Shown here: piece by piece, positions 28,931-42,200 of the stretch
Layout: every line of letters starts with the position of its first letter
Numbering within the stretch: position 1 is the first letter of the stretch
NCBI GenBank assembly: GCA_951406725.2
Contig: OX597824.1
Location: 26,412,001-26,476,000 of the forward strand
Reading direction: 5' to 3'
Length of the DNA: 64,000 nt
From: Octopus vulgaris
Taxonomy: Eukaryota
Program-made: the position numbers and the translations under genes
The notes under the pieces: model-generated
Told to the model about the DNA's origin: nothing
Seen by the model: only the letters and a program-made list of their open reading frames with translations
The model's database searches: none

Positions 28931-29216
28931 CATACGCATATGTATGTGTTAGGTGTAATACAAGACGGAGGGATGGCCATCGATGGCGAGTTTACCTCAG
29001 GATGAGATTAAGGGAACCAATTTGAAGATTCAAATGCTATTAAAATTTTAAGCTTAAAACTCGTTGATAAGGTTTCAATCCCTACGGGAATATGTGAGTT
29101 ATGTTAATGCAAAAAGGAATTGAATGAATGAATGGGTTGTGGTGGTGGTGGTGGTGGTCTGGGTGGGCGTGTCTGTCTGCTAAACCTTGGTTCAATTAGT
29201 TGTTGGTTCGTGGCTA

Positions 29217-29250
29217 ATTTGCATAGATTTGCATATGTTCCAATTTGCAT
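29217..29250. promoter_or_regulatory. Cluster of three octamer (ATTTGCAT) motifs
   Basis: Exact matches at 29217, 29227 and 29243. Confidence 0.4.
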
Positions 29251-29627
29251 GTAACATCTTATCTGCTCTACTATTCCGTTACTATATTCCTGTCATTCTG
29301 TTTGCCTATCTGTTTGTCACTGTCTGTCATTTTGGTCATTCCGTCCCTCTGTCTGTCTGTCTGTCATTCTCTCTGTTTCAGTAATTGCAAGTATACCTAT
29401 AGTTCTTGTTTAGTCCTACCTCAGCCCTCATGGAGCAGACGTATGGTAGTGAAGGCCATTCCGGAGGTAACCATGTTAATTTAAAAAAGAAAAAAAAGTT
29501 ATAGGACTACAATATCCTGTCCATTTTATCAAACGGTTGAGGAGGTCAATTTGAGAGAGATATGGCTGTTCGCTTTAGCATTTGTGCTAAACCCACAGAA
29601 GTTTTCTTGCACGTTCGCTTAAATGCC

Positions 29628-29629
<2 letters not shown>

Positions 29630-29659
<30 letters not shown>

Positions 29660-29810
29660 TGTATGTATGTATGTATGTATGTATGTAGGTATGTAGGTAT
29701 GTATGTATATGTATGTATCTATGTATATATATGTTATTTTGTTATTATTATTATTGTTATATATATATTGTTATTATTATATTGTTATTATTATATATGT
29801 TATATTGTTG

Positions 29811-29848
<38 letters not shown>

Positions 29849-29852
29849 GTTG

Positions 29853-29886
<34 letters not shown>

Positions 29887-30030
29887 CATTATTATTATTT
29901 TTATATATATGTGTGTCTATGTATGCACATATGCGTCGCCTATGTGTTTATCTACTATGTATGTACGTACGTATCTATGTATGTATGTCTGCCTGCATGT
30001 ATGTATGTATGTATGTATGTATGTATGTAC

Positions 30031-30098
<68 letters not shown>
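29630..30098. repeat. Compound (TATG)n/(ATT)n/(TCTA)n microsatellite
   Basis: Direct reading. Confidence 0.95.
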
Positions 30099-30099
<1 letters not shown>

Positions 30100-30259
30100 C
30101 ATCTTCACTTAATTTTTGCAGGTTTGCCTCGAAAACTAATGAGAATCGTAGATTTGGCAAAGTAAAATCTGAAGCTGACTTTTTCAAATATTAGTTGATA
30201 ATCTTAAAAAAAAGTCACGTTGTACAATGCAGCACTGAGTACATAATCCCTCGCTTTGT

Positions 30260-30385
30260 ATTTTGTTTTCTCTCATCTGATTCCGTCGCGAAACGTAGGC
30301 TCGAAACGTCAAATACTTTTCCATTTTCCATAGCGTTAAACTAATACAACTGCTTGTTGTTCCCTCTTTGTCTTTTGTTTCCTGT
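30260..30385 (+). mobile_element. Penelope-like terminal remnant with degenerate HHR
   Basis: CGTAGGCTCGAAACGTC..AGCGTTAAACTAATACA homologous to 39700-39770. Confidence 0.55.
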
Positions 30386-30433
30386 CAAGCGATGATGGGG
30401 GAGACAAACACAGACACATAAACACACGCACAC

Positions 30434-30464
<31 letters not shown>

Positions 30465-30632
30465 TATACGACGGGCTTCTTTCAGTTTCCCTCTACCAAA
30501 TCCACTCACAAGGCTTTGGTCGGCTCGAAGCTATAGCAGAAGACACTTGCCCAAGGTGCCACACAGTGGGACTGAACCCGGAACCATGTGGTTTGTAAGT
30601 AAGCTACATACCACACAGCCACTCCTGCGCCT
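30386..30632 (-). mobile_element. SINE family A, 5' part with internal microsatellite
   Basis: Near-consensus head and body. Confidence 0.9.
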
Positions 30633-30929
30633 TAAACTTTTATAAGATTGTATCAAAAATTTCTGTTTTGCGCCATAGAATAAGCAAAAGGAATGTCTTT
30701 TATCTTTTATTGGACGGCGGCCATGTTGAGCCTCCGTCTTTTTAGTCAAACAAATCAACCGCCATTTTCTTTACGAGCACTCAAATGTCTTATCATAATG
30801 GCACCTGTGAGGACAGTAAACTTCGAATACTTAAAGGTCAGCTATTCTCGAACTGTCATTAATAACTTACCCCTTGTTACGTCATACTTCCTTCACGCGA
30901 TATACTGACTCGTATTCAATAGTCAGAAT

Positions 30930-31008
30930 TTATACAGCATCCATTTCCCATTCTGTCTTACGTATATCCTCATCAGTCATAAGCCAGGAACCCTCCTTTG
31001 GATTCCCC
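30930..31008 (-). CDS. Candidate terminal exon (xGNPKEGSWLMTDEDIRKTEWEMDAV*), product unknown
   Basis: Acceptor TTTAGTGTTTCAG in non-repeat sequence; phase fits the donor at 42853. Confidence 0.25.
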
Positions 31009-31036
31009 CTGAAACACTAAACATGAACTCTACACT

Positions 31037-31318
31037 TCAACAACAAATAGAGACTGAAGCTACGGCGTCGGTGCTATCCGACTCGCTCGATAACCCCAGT
31101 GGGGCATTTGTGAATTTTGGAAGCTGGATATTTGGGGACGATGATGGTATAGTCGGACGTGGAAGCACGTCTATGGTATTGGGCAGTGAGGGTGGGAGTG
31201 GGTATCCATTACAGCTTTGACTGCTGCCAACCGTCGGATGTGGTTGGCATTCGAGGGACGTGGTGAACTCGTTGGACGGAGCTGGCTCAAGCCATCCGCG
31301 TGAATACCGCCGCAAGTA
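31037..31318 (-). CDS. Candidate Pro/Ser-rich terminal exon (YLRRYSRGW..SVSICC*), product unknown
   Basis: GC-richer unique island, 93 open codons, acceptor TATTTGTGCTAG; no recognisable family. Confidence 0.3.
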   Translation of the reverse strand, partial: YLRRYSRGWLEPAPSNEFTTSLECQPHPTVGSSQSCNGYPLPPSLPNTIDVLPRPTIPSSSPNIQLPKFTNAPLGLSSESDSTDAVASVSICC

Positions 31319-31334
31319 CTAGCACAAATATAAA

Positions 31335-31570
31335 TAAGTGTCCTAAGTCCAAGGGTCAGCTTACCAACACTCAAGACTCAAGACTTTCCTCTTCCCTCTG
31401 TGTTGTTCAGCATGCTTATTGTCAGCCAGGTTCTCGTTTCGTTTCCAGTTCATTTAATTTCTATGTCGACAGTCCACAAACGTCTTTCACGGCCTCTTGC
31501 TCTTGTCTCCTTCAAATATCCTGTCAGGATGGTCTTAGGCAGTGACTCGTGTGGCATTCTATGTCCAAAA
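31335..31570 (-). mobile_element. RTE LINE C-terminal fragment
   Basis: GHRMPHESLPKTILTGYLKETRARGRERRLW matches the RTE GH..RM..LPK.IL.G...R.RGR...W motif. Confidence 0.7.
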
Positions 31571-31619
31571 TATAACTTTGAGGACTTGATTCTCGACAAT
31601 AGGTGTATTCCCTTTCTCT

Positions 31620-32030
31620 TTCTCTTTTACTTGTTTCAGTCATTTGACTGCGGCCATGCTGGAGCACCACCTTTAATCGAGCAACTCGACCCCGGGACTT
31701 CTTCTTTTGTAAGCCCAGTACTTATTCTATCGGTCCCTTTTGCCGAACCGCTAAGTGACGGGGACATAAACACACCAGTATCGGTTGTCAAGCAATGCTA
31801 GGGGGACAAACACAGAAACACAAACATATACACACACATACATATACATATATATATACATATATACGACAGGCTTCTTTCAGTTTCCGTCTACCAAATC
31901 CACTCACAAGGCTTTGGTCGGTCCGAGGCTATAGTAGAAGACACTTGCCCGAGGTGCCACGCAGTGGGACTGAACCCGGAACCATGTGGTTGGTAAACAA
32001 GCTACTTACCACACAGCCACTCCTGCGCCT
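31620..32030 (-). mobile_element. Full-length young SINE family A
   Basis: AGGCGCAGGAGTGGCTGTGTGGTAAG tRNA-like head, body, internal TA/TG repeat and tail. Confidence 0.93.
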
Positions 32031-32044
32031 GTATCTGTACTTCC

Positions 32045-32250
32045 AGCTTGTTAGCACGCCGGAAAAATGCTTAGCAGCATTTCGTCCGTCTTTATGCTAT
32101 GAGTCGACTGAGATCGACGTTGCCTTTCATCCTTTCATCCTTTCGGTATCGATAAAATAAGTACCAGCTGCACAATGGGGTTGATGTAATCAGCAAGCCC
32201 CCACCACCCCAAATTTCAGGCTTTGTACCTATGAAAGAAAGGATTATATA
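32045..32250 (+). mobile_element. SINE-B2
   Basis: GTTAGCACGCCGG..AAATTTCAGGCTTTGTACCT. Confidence 0.8.
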
Positions 32251-32299
32251 ATACCATTATATATTTGTTTCTTACGCATATATAAACCTTACTCTCTCT

Positions 32300-32522
32300 T
32301 TTACTATTTTACTATTTTCAGTCATATGACTGTGGCCATGCTGGAGCACCATCTTTAGTCGAGCAAATCGACCCCAGGACTTATTCTTTGTAAGACTAGT
32401 ACTTATTGTATCGGTCTCTATTGCCGAACCGCTAGGTTATGGGGACGTAAACACACCAGCATCGGTTGTCAAGCGATGTTGGGGGGACAAACACAAATGC
32501 ACAAACACATACACACATCTAC

Positions 32523-32553
<31 letters not shown>

Positions 32554-32712
32554 TACGACGGGCTTCTTTCAGTTTCCATCTACTAAATCCACTCACAAGG
32601 CTTTGGTCGGCCCGAGGCTATAGCAGAAGACACTTGCCCAAGGTGCCACGCAGTGGGAATGAACCCGGAACGATGTGGTTCGTAAGCAAGCTACTTACCA
32701 CACAGCCACTCC
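32300..32712 (-). mobile_element. Full-length SINE family A
   Basis: Same structure as 31620-32030. Confidence 0.92.
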
Positions 32713-32760
32713 TAACCTTGAATTTAATTTAATTTCGTTTGAACTCTGATGATTCTAATA

Positions 32761-33716
<956 letters not shown>

Positions 33717-33875
33717 TAGACAAATGAATTATCTTATTACGGATAATTCGAAAGATAACCGATACCTGGGTAGCAAACTCACAACAGAAAAAGCATGGTT
33801 GAAGTTACGACCATAGGGCATAAACTCCGTGCCTTAGTGCGGAAATTTGAAGTTTAATTCAATATATTAAGTATC

Positions 33876-34191
33876 GGAAAGAATGGAGCTGAACGAAGAT
33901 TTAACAAAATTCTTTATTTTATTTTCGACATATGTTTCGAAGTCTGCAAAATCCCTAATTCCGAATGAATAGATATTATTTATCATTATCTCTATGGGCT
34001 CCTCGTGAGCAGCCATCGAAAAACTTGTTGTGCATTTTGTTGGCGGGATAATTTCCTGGATTTTCCTGAAGAGAAAGCTGCATAATGGACTCCTTATTCA
34101 TTCGGAATTAGGGATTTTGCAGAGTTCGAAACATATGTCGAAAATAAAATAAAGGAATTTTGTTAAATCTTCGTTCAGCTCCATTCTTTCC
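33876..34191 (+). mobile_element. Penelope-like fold-back element with HHR, between (TA)n tracts
   Basis: Inverted arms of ~95 bp at 33876-33971 and 34095-34191. Confidence 0.75.
34061..34144 (+). ncRNA. Type I hammerhead ribozyme with long stem II
   Basis: TTTTC/GAAAA stem I; CTGAAGA; GAA..CTGCA../..TGCAG..TTC; GAAAC-ATAT-GTC. Confidence 0.75.
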
Positions 34192-34194
34192 TAG

Positions 34195-34234
<40 letters not shown>

Positions 34235-34237
<3 letters not shown>

Positions 34238-34410
34238 AGAATTAACAAAAAAAAACAACAAAAGACCAAGACAGGTGGTGTAGAAAACAAACAGATGTAT
34301 TAGTATAACGCTCGGGAATTGAATTTTTCAATTCCCGAGCGTTATACTAATACACCACTTTTCTACACCACTTGACTTCATCTTTTGTTCTTTTCCTGTG
34401 AATTCTCCCC
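34235..34410. repeat. Hairpin formed from two inverted Penelope-like termini
   Basis: TGTATTAGTATAACGCTCGGGAATTGAA and TTCAATTCCCGAGCGTTATACTAATACA; arms homologous to 39735-39815. Confidence 0.8.
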
Positions 34411-34419
34411 ATATATCAC

Positions 34420-34573
34420 ACGCTCACGTGGTCGCACCAGTTGATCCTGTCACCTCTCATCACCCACGAACTTCTCCACTGCACTTTCTACCCCACCAAC
34501 CCTTTACGGATTCTCTTTGGGACTTTCTACACTCCGGCTGCACCTCTCCTGCCTATGGATTACTCTGGACTCT

Positions 34574-34668
<95 letters not shown>

Positions 34669-34903
34669 CTTTTCTTTTGTTCCTTTCCCTTTTCTTTTTT
34701 TTACTTTTCTTTTTTCTTTTTTATTATTTTTTTTTGTTCTTTTCTTCCCTTTTACGATCCCTCTTGATCGAAAACCTACGCCACCCCTTTTTTTTGTTTT
34801 TTTTTGTTTCTTTTGTTTTTTGTTTTTTTCATCCCCCAAAAGAAAAGCTCTACCTTGTAACTTGTCCCATCTGTGTGCAGCCCTGTGTGGCCAATAAAGA
34901 AAC
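34420..34903 (+). mobile_element. 5'-truncated non-LTR element 3' end (I-group/Vingi-like), interrupted by (TCTA)n
   Basis: Frameshifted THELLHCTFYPT..SLWD..AAPLL resembles the HL..C..PT.L..LW C-terminal motif; 3' terminus matches the SINE-B1 tail. Confidence 0.5.
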
Positions 34904-35491
34904 TTATCTATCTATCTATCTATGTAAGAGGATTGCTCTTTAACAGTTACCCACCAATCATTTTCTTTAGAACTTAAGGTTGTATTCTGTTTGTTTCTTA
35001 ATTATCTCGTCTTTCTCCTCCGTCTGTCATCCTGAAATATATTTATTCTCTTTCGTATGTCTACCTCTGTATCGCCTGTTATCCATATATTGTTTGCTCT
35101 CGGTCCAATATTCTCCACAACTTTCGCGGGCACTGTTAGCATGAGAAGCATCTCAGTTTTATCATTAATGATGCAAAACTGAGTAATAAAATCTGGTTGA
35201 TAACTGACGAAGCATTAGGGACCTTCTGTGTCTATTTCCCGTTCGTTTGTGCACTCAATATACATCTTTTCGTTCGGCTGTGCATTTATTATAAATTTTT
35301 ACTTTCCGTTTGTGCATTAACCAGATATTTTTCACTTATTAAGTAACGGAACGTAACGCACCCTAGATTTATAAACAGTAATTTATTTATATATGTGGGT
35401 GTGTATGTATACACCCACACCCACACATATATATGTATATATATGTGTTTATTTATATACAGACGTGTATATATGAATATATAAATACATG

Positions 35492-35539
<48 letters not shown>

Positions 35540-35563
35540 TACATATATAAATAGATACATACT

Positions 35564-35617
<54 letters not shown>

Positions 35618-35739
35618 TGTATCTATCTCTCTATTTCTATATGTATATATATGTGTATATAGAGACGTCTGTATATAAGTATATATGTATCTATACATAT
35701 AAATGTGTGTGTGAATATGTAAGTATCTATGTATCAGAA

Positions 35740-36085
35740 GTTCACGTCGCAAATCGTAGTTTCGCGTTGGATCTGTTTGGTTGGCACCTGAGCAAGTATC
35801 ATCTTCTATACACACTGACCGACCGTTGCCTTGCAAATGAACACGGTAAGCGGAAACTGTGTGGGAAAATAATGTATACACATATAAATATGTTTGTGTC
35901 TCCCACCACCGCTTGACAACAGACAAAATATTGCTTGCGTTGTCGTAACTTAGAGGTTCGGTAAAAAGAGACGATAAAATATGCAGATCTAAAAGAGGCA
36001 CAGAGGTCAATCTACTCGACTGCAAATATGAAAGTGGTGCTCCAGCAAGGCCGCAACCTAATGATAGTAATAAGTAAAAGAATAT
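35740..36085 (+). mobile_element. Diverged SINE family A
   Basis: GGCACCTGAGCAAGT..CGGAAACTG..GTGGTGCTCCAGCAAGGCCGCA. Confidence 0.75.
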
Positions 36086-36251
36086 ATATATATATATACA
36101 AACACACACACACATATATCCTTTCTTATATACCCATACATACACATAACTATCTGTAACTACGTTCATATTGATATATACGTAAATATTCACAATTTAT
36201 ATATACACACCGATTTCTGTATGTGCGTAGATATTCATATTTACCTACATA

Positions 36252-36332
<81 letters not shown>

Positions 36333-36924
36333 CATATATATATATGTATGTATATATATCTATATCTATATAAAGATACTTATTTCAACATATGTATGCA
36401 TAGACCTATACATATGTATAGTAAACAGTTAAAATGCATATATGTGTGTATGTGTATATGTGTGTATGTATGTACACAGACACAGACACACAGACACAAT
36501 GACACACACGCACACACACACACAAACACACACGCACACATATATAAATGTACATGCAAACGTAATGTACCAAATATGCACAAATAATCTGTTGGAAATT
36601 CACTAATCTGTACATGTACGCCTAAATATGCTGCATATGTACTCACACCCATACGCACACACAAGAACGCACACACATACACACACGCACATTAAGAAAC
36701 AAACATACACCCACGGATATACGCATATCGTATAAATATGTGTAGTATATGTATATGTACACACATATGTGTGTTAAAATACAGATATTCACTCAAAGTT
36801 ATATGCATAATCTTACATATATACATACATACATACATACATACATACATACATACATTCATACAAATATATCTATAAGTATGTACATTTGTGTATATAT
36901 GTATGTATATATATATATAAATAA

Positions 36925-36974
<50 letters not shown>

Positions 36975-37186
36975 ATATATATTTATATATATATATATCT
37001 AAACATATATATACATATATATATATATATATGTATTTATTTGTATTTATATATACATATATATATGCATAAATATATAGCATATACATGTGTGTGCATA
37101 TATATATTATATATGTGTATATGTACATATATACATGTACATATATATGCACGTATGTATACATGTATATACATATATACATATAC

Positions 37187-37289
<103 letters not shown>

Positions 37290-38205
37290 TGTGTGTATGT
37301 GTGTTTATATATGGCTGCAAAATGCTAAAAAGCATTTGAAACAACTGCGTAAATCCACAAGAGACTTTGAGTGAAAACTAGCTTAACGCTCGTCTTTCGT
37401 TTAGCTGAAGGCTGCAAGCGATTTGTGTGCTTGGACGTCAAATATCGTAACAAAAAAAAAAAAAACAAAACAAAAAAAAAACAAAAAAGGAAAAAAAAAA
37501 GAAAAAAGAAAAAGAAAAAAATTTGTCAGCGATAACAAAATATCCTCCAGCCGAAATCGCAGAATTTAACATCCTCTGGGCACCTTTCGAAAAGTTATGG
37601 AATTTCAAAATTATCCGGCTTGTAACCAATTAATGAGAGAGAGGAAGAGTAGGAAGAAGGAAAAACTTACTCCTGCTGCACACAAATGTACGCAAACATT
37701 ATCACACTTAGGCAAATATGCTCATACATTTTTCTCTCCGTTATGATGTGTATTCTGAATATATAACAACACACTCACGCACACATACACTTTGTCCCTC
37801 ACACACACATAAACGTTTTACTTACGCTGACCAACATACGAAAGCATTGATGTATATGCATACGTATATAGGTTTGTATGTGTATACTTATGAGCTTCAA
37901 TAGTTTCCTCTTTCATTCCGTTTGCACACACATACACACATACACACACATTTATATATTTTACGATTCTAGTTTTCTATATATACGCACATATATACAC
38001 GCATACACGCATCTATATACCCGTATATATACACACATACATTTATATATTTTACGATTCTAGTTTTCTATATATACGCACATATACGCACACATATACG
38101 CACACATACACGCATCTATATACACATATATATGCATACACATACACGCGTGTTTACGTACATATATATTCGAAGATGAAGAATTCGAGTGTCTATACAT
38201 ACATA

Positions 38206-38258
<53 letters not shown>

Positions 38259-38321
38259 ACAAATACACACGCACACACACACAGACACACACGCATATGA
38301 AATTAGATAAATGGCAAGGTA

Positions 38322-38460
38322 CCAAGAAATTATGTAATGAACTTCATTAGCTGACAATTGTTTCCGCTATAGGATGTAATGCTCTCAGAACTCAGAGGTT
38401 ATGCATCACCTCATAGCAGAAACAGCTATAAACTAATGAAAATGAATACGTAATTCTTGT
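38322..38460. repeat. Imperfect fold-back with GAAACAG half-HHR, related to 52500-52600
   Basis: CAAGAAATTA..TTCATTAG..TGTTTCCGCTAT pairs with ATAGCAGAAACA..CTAATGAA..TAATTCTTG. Confidence 0.65.
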
Positions 38461-38599
38461 TCCTTTGTCAATTATTTATTTCATATTACGTTCTGTGCAC
38501 TCTGAAGTATCTGTATATAGGGGTTTCACCCCACCATAACAGCATCGCTATGCCTAAGCAAAAAAAAAAAAAACAAAAAAAAAATTAAAATTATATATA

Positions 38600-39035
38600 T
38601 AGGTGTAGGAGTGGCTGTGTGGTAAGTAGCTTGCTTACCAACCACATGGTTCCAGGTTCAGTCCCACTGAGTTGCACTTTGGGCAAGTGTCTTCTACTAT
38701 AACCTCGTGCCGACCAAAGCCTTGTGATTGGATTTGGTAGACGGAAACTAAAAGAAGCCTGTATATATATATATATATATACATACATACATACATACAT
38801 ATATGCGTGTGTGTGTGTGTGTATGTGTGTTGTGTGTCTGTGTTTGTCCCCACAACATCACTTGACAACCGATGCTGGTGTGTTTATGTCTCTGTAGCTA
38901 GTGGTTCGGCAAAAACGACTGATAGAATAAGTACTAGGCTTACAAAAATTAAGCCCTGGGGTCGATTTGTTCGACTAAAGGCGTTGCTCCAGCATGGCCT
39001 CAGTCAAATGACTGAAACGAATAAAAGAAAAAAAA
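38600..39035 (+). mobile_element. Full-length SINE family A
   Basis: Head, body, internal microsatellite and tail. Confidence 0.9.
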
Positions 39036-39061
39036 AGAATATATACATATATCGGCATATA

Positions 39062-39310
39062 CGAGAGGGTGCCCAAAATCAACCGGAAAGGTTCTCTGTA
39101 GGACAAGCCCGTTGTAATTAATGCTTCCACCGCTAGAAGCCACATGATGCGACCTCCAGGCATCAGTATGCCGACCGGCGTCGTCGAATGTAGTCCTTCT
39201 GCCACGTAGTGCATGTTTGCTTTGCAGTGCTTCTCCCTTGTTCGTCGATTTTTGCCATCGCTGAAACGAAGGAACAGCATGCTTCCGTGAAATTCTGTTT
39301 TATATTCTGG
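39062..39310 (+). mobile_element. Mariner 5' fragment
   Basis: TA-CGAGAGGGTGCCCAAAA..CCGGAA TIR-like start; KEQHASVKFCF N-terminal motif. Confidence 0.6.
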
Positions 39311-39354
39311 GTTTTCATACCTTAGGAATGAGAACCCAGGTTCGAATTTTCCCC

Positions 39355-39492
39355 AAGACACCTGATGAAGGCTGGAGGGTATATCAGCCGAAGCGTTGTG
39401 TTAATAGCAAACAAGATGAGGACAAATATCCGTCAATTGTAAATTATGTAAATGATGTACATAATTCCGCATCTCTTAAATATAGAACTGTA
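39355..39492 (+). mobile_element. Penelope-like terminus with HHR (GAAA mutated to GAAG)
   Basis: GACAC-CTGATGA-A-GGCTG..CAGCC-GAAGCGTT-GTGTT; same family as 4904-5100. Confidence 0.7.
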
Positions 39493-39525
39493 CTCCTTTC
39501 TCTCTCTCTCTCTCCTTTCTCTCTC

Positions 39526-39564
<39 letters not shown>

Positions 39565-39573
39565 TTCTCTCCC

Positions 39574-39641
<68 letters not shown>

Positions 39642-39659
39642 CCACAATTTTTTTTCTAA

Positions 39660-39815
39660 ATTTCTTCTCTCTGTTTATTTCTGTGTTCCTCTCTGTTGAA
39701 GAGCGTAGGCTCGAAACGTAAAAGACTTTCTCATCTTCCCGAGCGTCAAACTAATACATCTGCTTGTTGTTTATAGACCTGTCTTCGTCTGTTGCTTTTC
39801 TGTAAATTTCAACTA
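39660..39815 (+). mobile_element. Penelope-like terminus with variant HHR (CTGTTGA core)
   Basis: CTGTTGA-A-GAGC-GTAG-GCTC-GAAAC-GTA. Confidence 0.6.
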
Positions 39816-39829
39816 AATCCAATATTGTC

Positions 39830-40380
39830 TACCAGAATACATATTGGGTATTGGATAATAAATTTGAACAAAAGCATGAAAACCTTAGGGACCATAATCA
39901 AAAGCAGCCAATATGCGAGTTCTGAAGGAAGCAAAAGAGAATGTAGTGTTACATGACCAAATGGCATTTTGAAGTCTTTTTGTAATTAGAATTCCTTGAA
40001 TTTCTCATTATATTACGAAGACAGAGTGACTGTTCTCTTCGGTTAGACAATTTTATTTTTGCCTAGTGACTGCAATTATTGAATATCCCCTATGAGGGAA
40101 GCCGTGATAAAAATGAAAATGTTTGCTTCGACAAAATTGACAATCGATATCCATAATATTGCATAAATGACGCAGTAAATTTTCTTCTAAAAAAGAATTG
40201 TTGTCGATTGCGTTATTCTCAACTTTTGTGTTCGTTTTGAATAATATATTTTTTTGTCTTCTGGTAGATATTGAAATATTTTGCTTCGGTAACAATAACT
40301 CTGAATCTGTTCCTAACAACTAACTTTCTTATTCTCCTTCCATCTTTTAATTTTACAATCTCTTCGGTTATTCGTCTTCT
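39830..40380 (-). mobile_element. Autonomous Helitron RepHel N-terminal remnant
   Basis: RHLCNIMDIDCQFCRSKHF and SCNTTFSFASF..DYGP*GF..VQIYY resemble Helitron C..C and YNS..SFAS..GPY.F.IHGQIYH motifs. Confidence 0.65.
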
Positions 40381-40382
40381 CC

Positions 40383-40429
<47 letters not shown>

Positions 40430-40431
<2 letters not shown>

Positions 40432-41032
40432 CTTCTTATCTTTTATTTGTTTCAGTCATTGGATTGTGGCTATGCTGGAGCACCAAATTGAAGGGTTTTA
40501 GTTGAATAGATCGACTCCAGTACTTTATTTTTGAAGTAATCTAGCCCTTTTCTATCGTACACTTTTCACGAACTGCTAGCTTCTGGGGACATAAAAAAAC
40601 CAACAGCAGTTGTCCAGCGGTAGTCAGACAGAAACAGACACAAACACACACACACACGTACACTCCCTACAGAGTTTTCGTATACTCATAAGGCATTGGT
40701 TGTTCCAGAGTTATAATAGAAGACACTTGTACTATGGATGTGCAGTGGAACTGAAACGGAAATCACCCAGTGAGACTGTGGTTGCACAGTGAGATCCTTA
40801 ATCATACAACCATACTGCGTCAAATTTTGGTACAAGGCCAGCAATTATGGAAGGGTTAAGTCGATTACATCGATAACCCCGCCCTTCATGTGCTCAGTTG
40901 TTTCTTATATCATCGACCCTGAAAGGATGAAAAGCTAAGTCAGCATCAGCGGAATTTGAACGTAAAGACTGACGAAATGCCGTCAAACATTTTGTCGAGC
41001 GTGCTAACGATTCTGCCATCTCGCTGCCTTAA
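40430..41032 (-). mobile_element. Diverged SINE-A (to ~40820) plus SINE-B2
   Basis: Family-specific motifs in reverse complement. Confidence 0.75.
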
Positions 41033-41271
41033 ATATTTCTCTTCATATTGCCTCCATTCAACTGATGTTGCTTTACTTGTCCCTCTCTTTGCCTGTGACC
41101 AGAGTCACGATTACACTCCATCCTTTGACTGACACTCCTCCTATCCTCCGTGATAGGCATGGTACTGGAACGCCGGCAAAATGTTTTGTATTGTCATTAA
41201 GCGAAATCTAGTGGATGAACTGCGCCATTTATCCCTCTAAGTTTGTTAAAAAGAAAACTAGAGATACATTA

Positions 41272-41637
41272 GAAATATTAAATTTCTAAATATCTCAGAT
41301 ATAAGCAGTGGTGGAACGATAAAATAGTTGTATACTGTCAACTTAACATGACAGTCCCATAAAGGGAATCCCACCACTGCTATTTAGCCCTAGGAAGCAT
41401 CAACGCTTCCTGTCGGCCTTGACACATGCTGCTCCAGACTGATGACGAGCAAGACTCAGAAACATGTCTTTGGATGCAGGCCTAGCTGTTGGGGGTGCTT
41501 GTCTCCCCTTTGTAAACATAAGGACACAGGAAATGTGTCAAGGCCGATAGGAAGTGTTGATGCTTCTTAGGGCTAAATAGCGGTGGTATGATTCCCTTTA
41601 TGGGACTGTCACGTTAAGTTGACAGTATACAACTGCT
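41272..41637 (+). mobile_element. HHR-centred fold-back element with 14-bp TSD
   Basis: TSD CTAGAGATACATTA at 41258-41271 and 41638-41651; inverted arms of ~100 bp at 41326-41428 and 41533-41634. Confidence 0.8.
41434..41473 (+). ncRNA. Type I hammerhead ribozyme
   Basis: CCAGA/TTTGG stem I; CTGATGA; GAG/CTC stem II; GAAAC-AT-GTC. Confidence 0.7.
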
Positions 41638-41699
41638 CTAGAGATACATTATTTTCAATTAATTGACTGTGGCTCCCTCCCGTTTCCTATGGCCCCGTG

Positions 41700-42200
41700 A
41701 AACTTAGCCAAGGCGTATGACCTATTCCTTAGGTTGTTGTAGAGCGTTGTGGCCTTGAATAAGACATTTAAATTTTTGTTGTCCCAATCCACTCAGCTGG
41801 CAAAAATGAGTAGTACCTGTATTTCGAAGGACCAGCGTTATCACATTCTGTGTCAACGCTGAATCTCCCTGAGAACTAGGATAAGGGTAAGTGTGTCTGT
41901 GGAGTGATCATCCCTTTGCATGTTCCTTTCACTAACAGGCTGTTCCGTTGACCGAATCAACAGGAACCCTCGTCATTGTTACCGACGGGGTGCCAATTTT
42001 CTTTCTTTTTGTTACACTCACGATTGCAAGTTCAAGGTTTCGATTCCCGGATCGGGCCGTGCGTTGTGTTCTTGAGCAAAACACTCCACTTTTTACTTTA
42101 CTCCAGTTCGACCAGTTGCAAATGAGCAAACCCACGACAGACTGGCGTCTAGGGGAAATATTGCGATCCCGGTCACAATATCGGGTACTAAGACCTCTGA
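41700..42200 (+). mobile_element. Two old SINE-D copies, the first with the family C (OR1-type) tail
   Basis: CCACTCAGCTGGCAAAAATGAG core followed by ACCTGTATTTC..GGAACCCTCGTC..CCGACGG; second head at ~42010. Confidence 0.7.
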
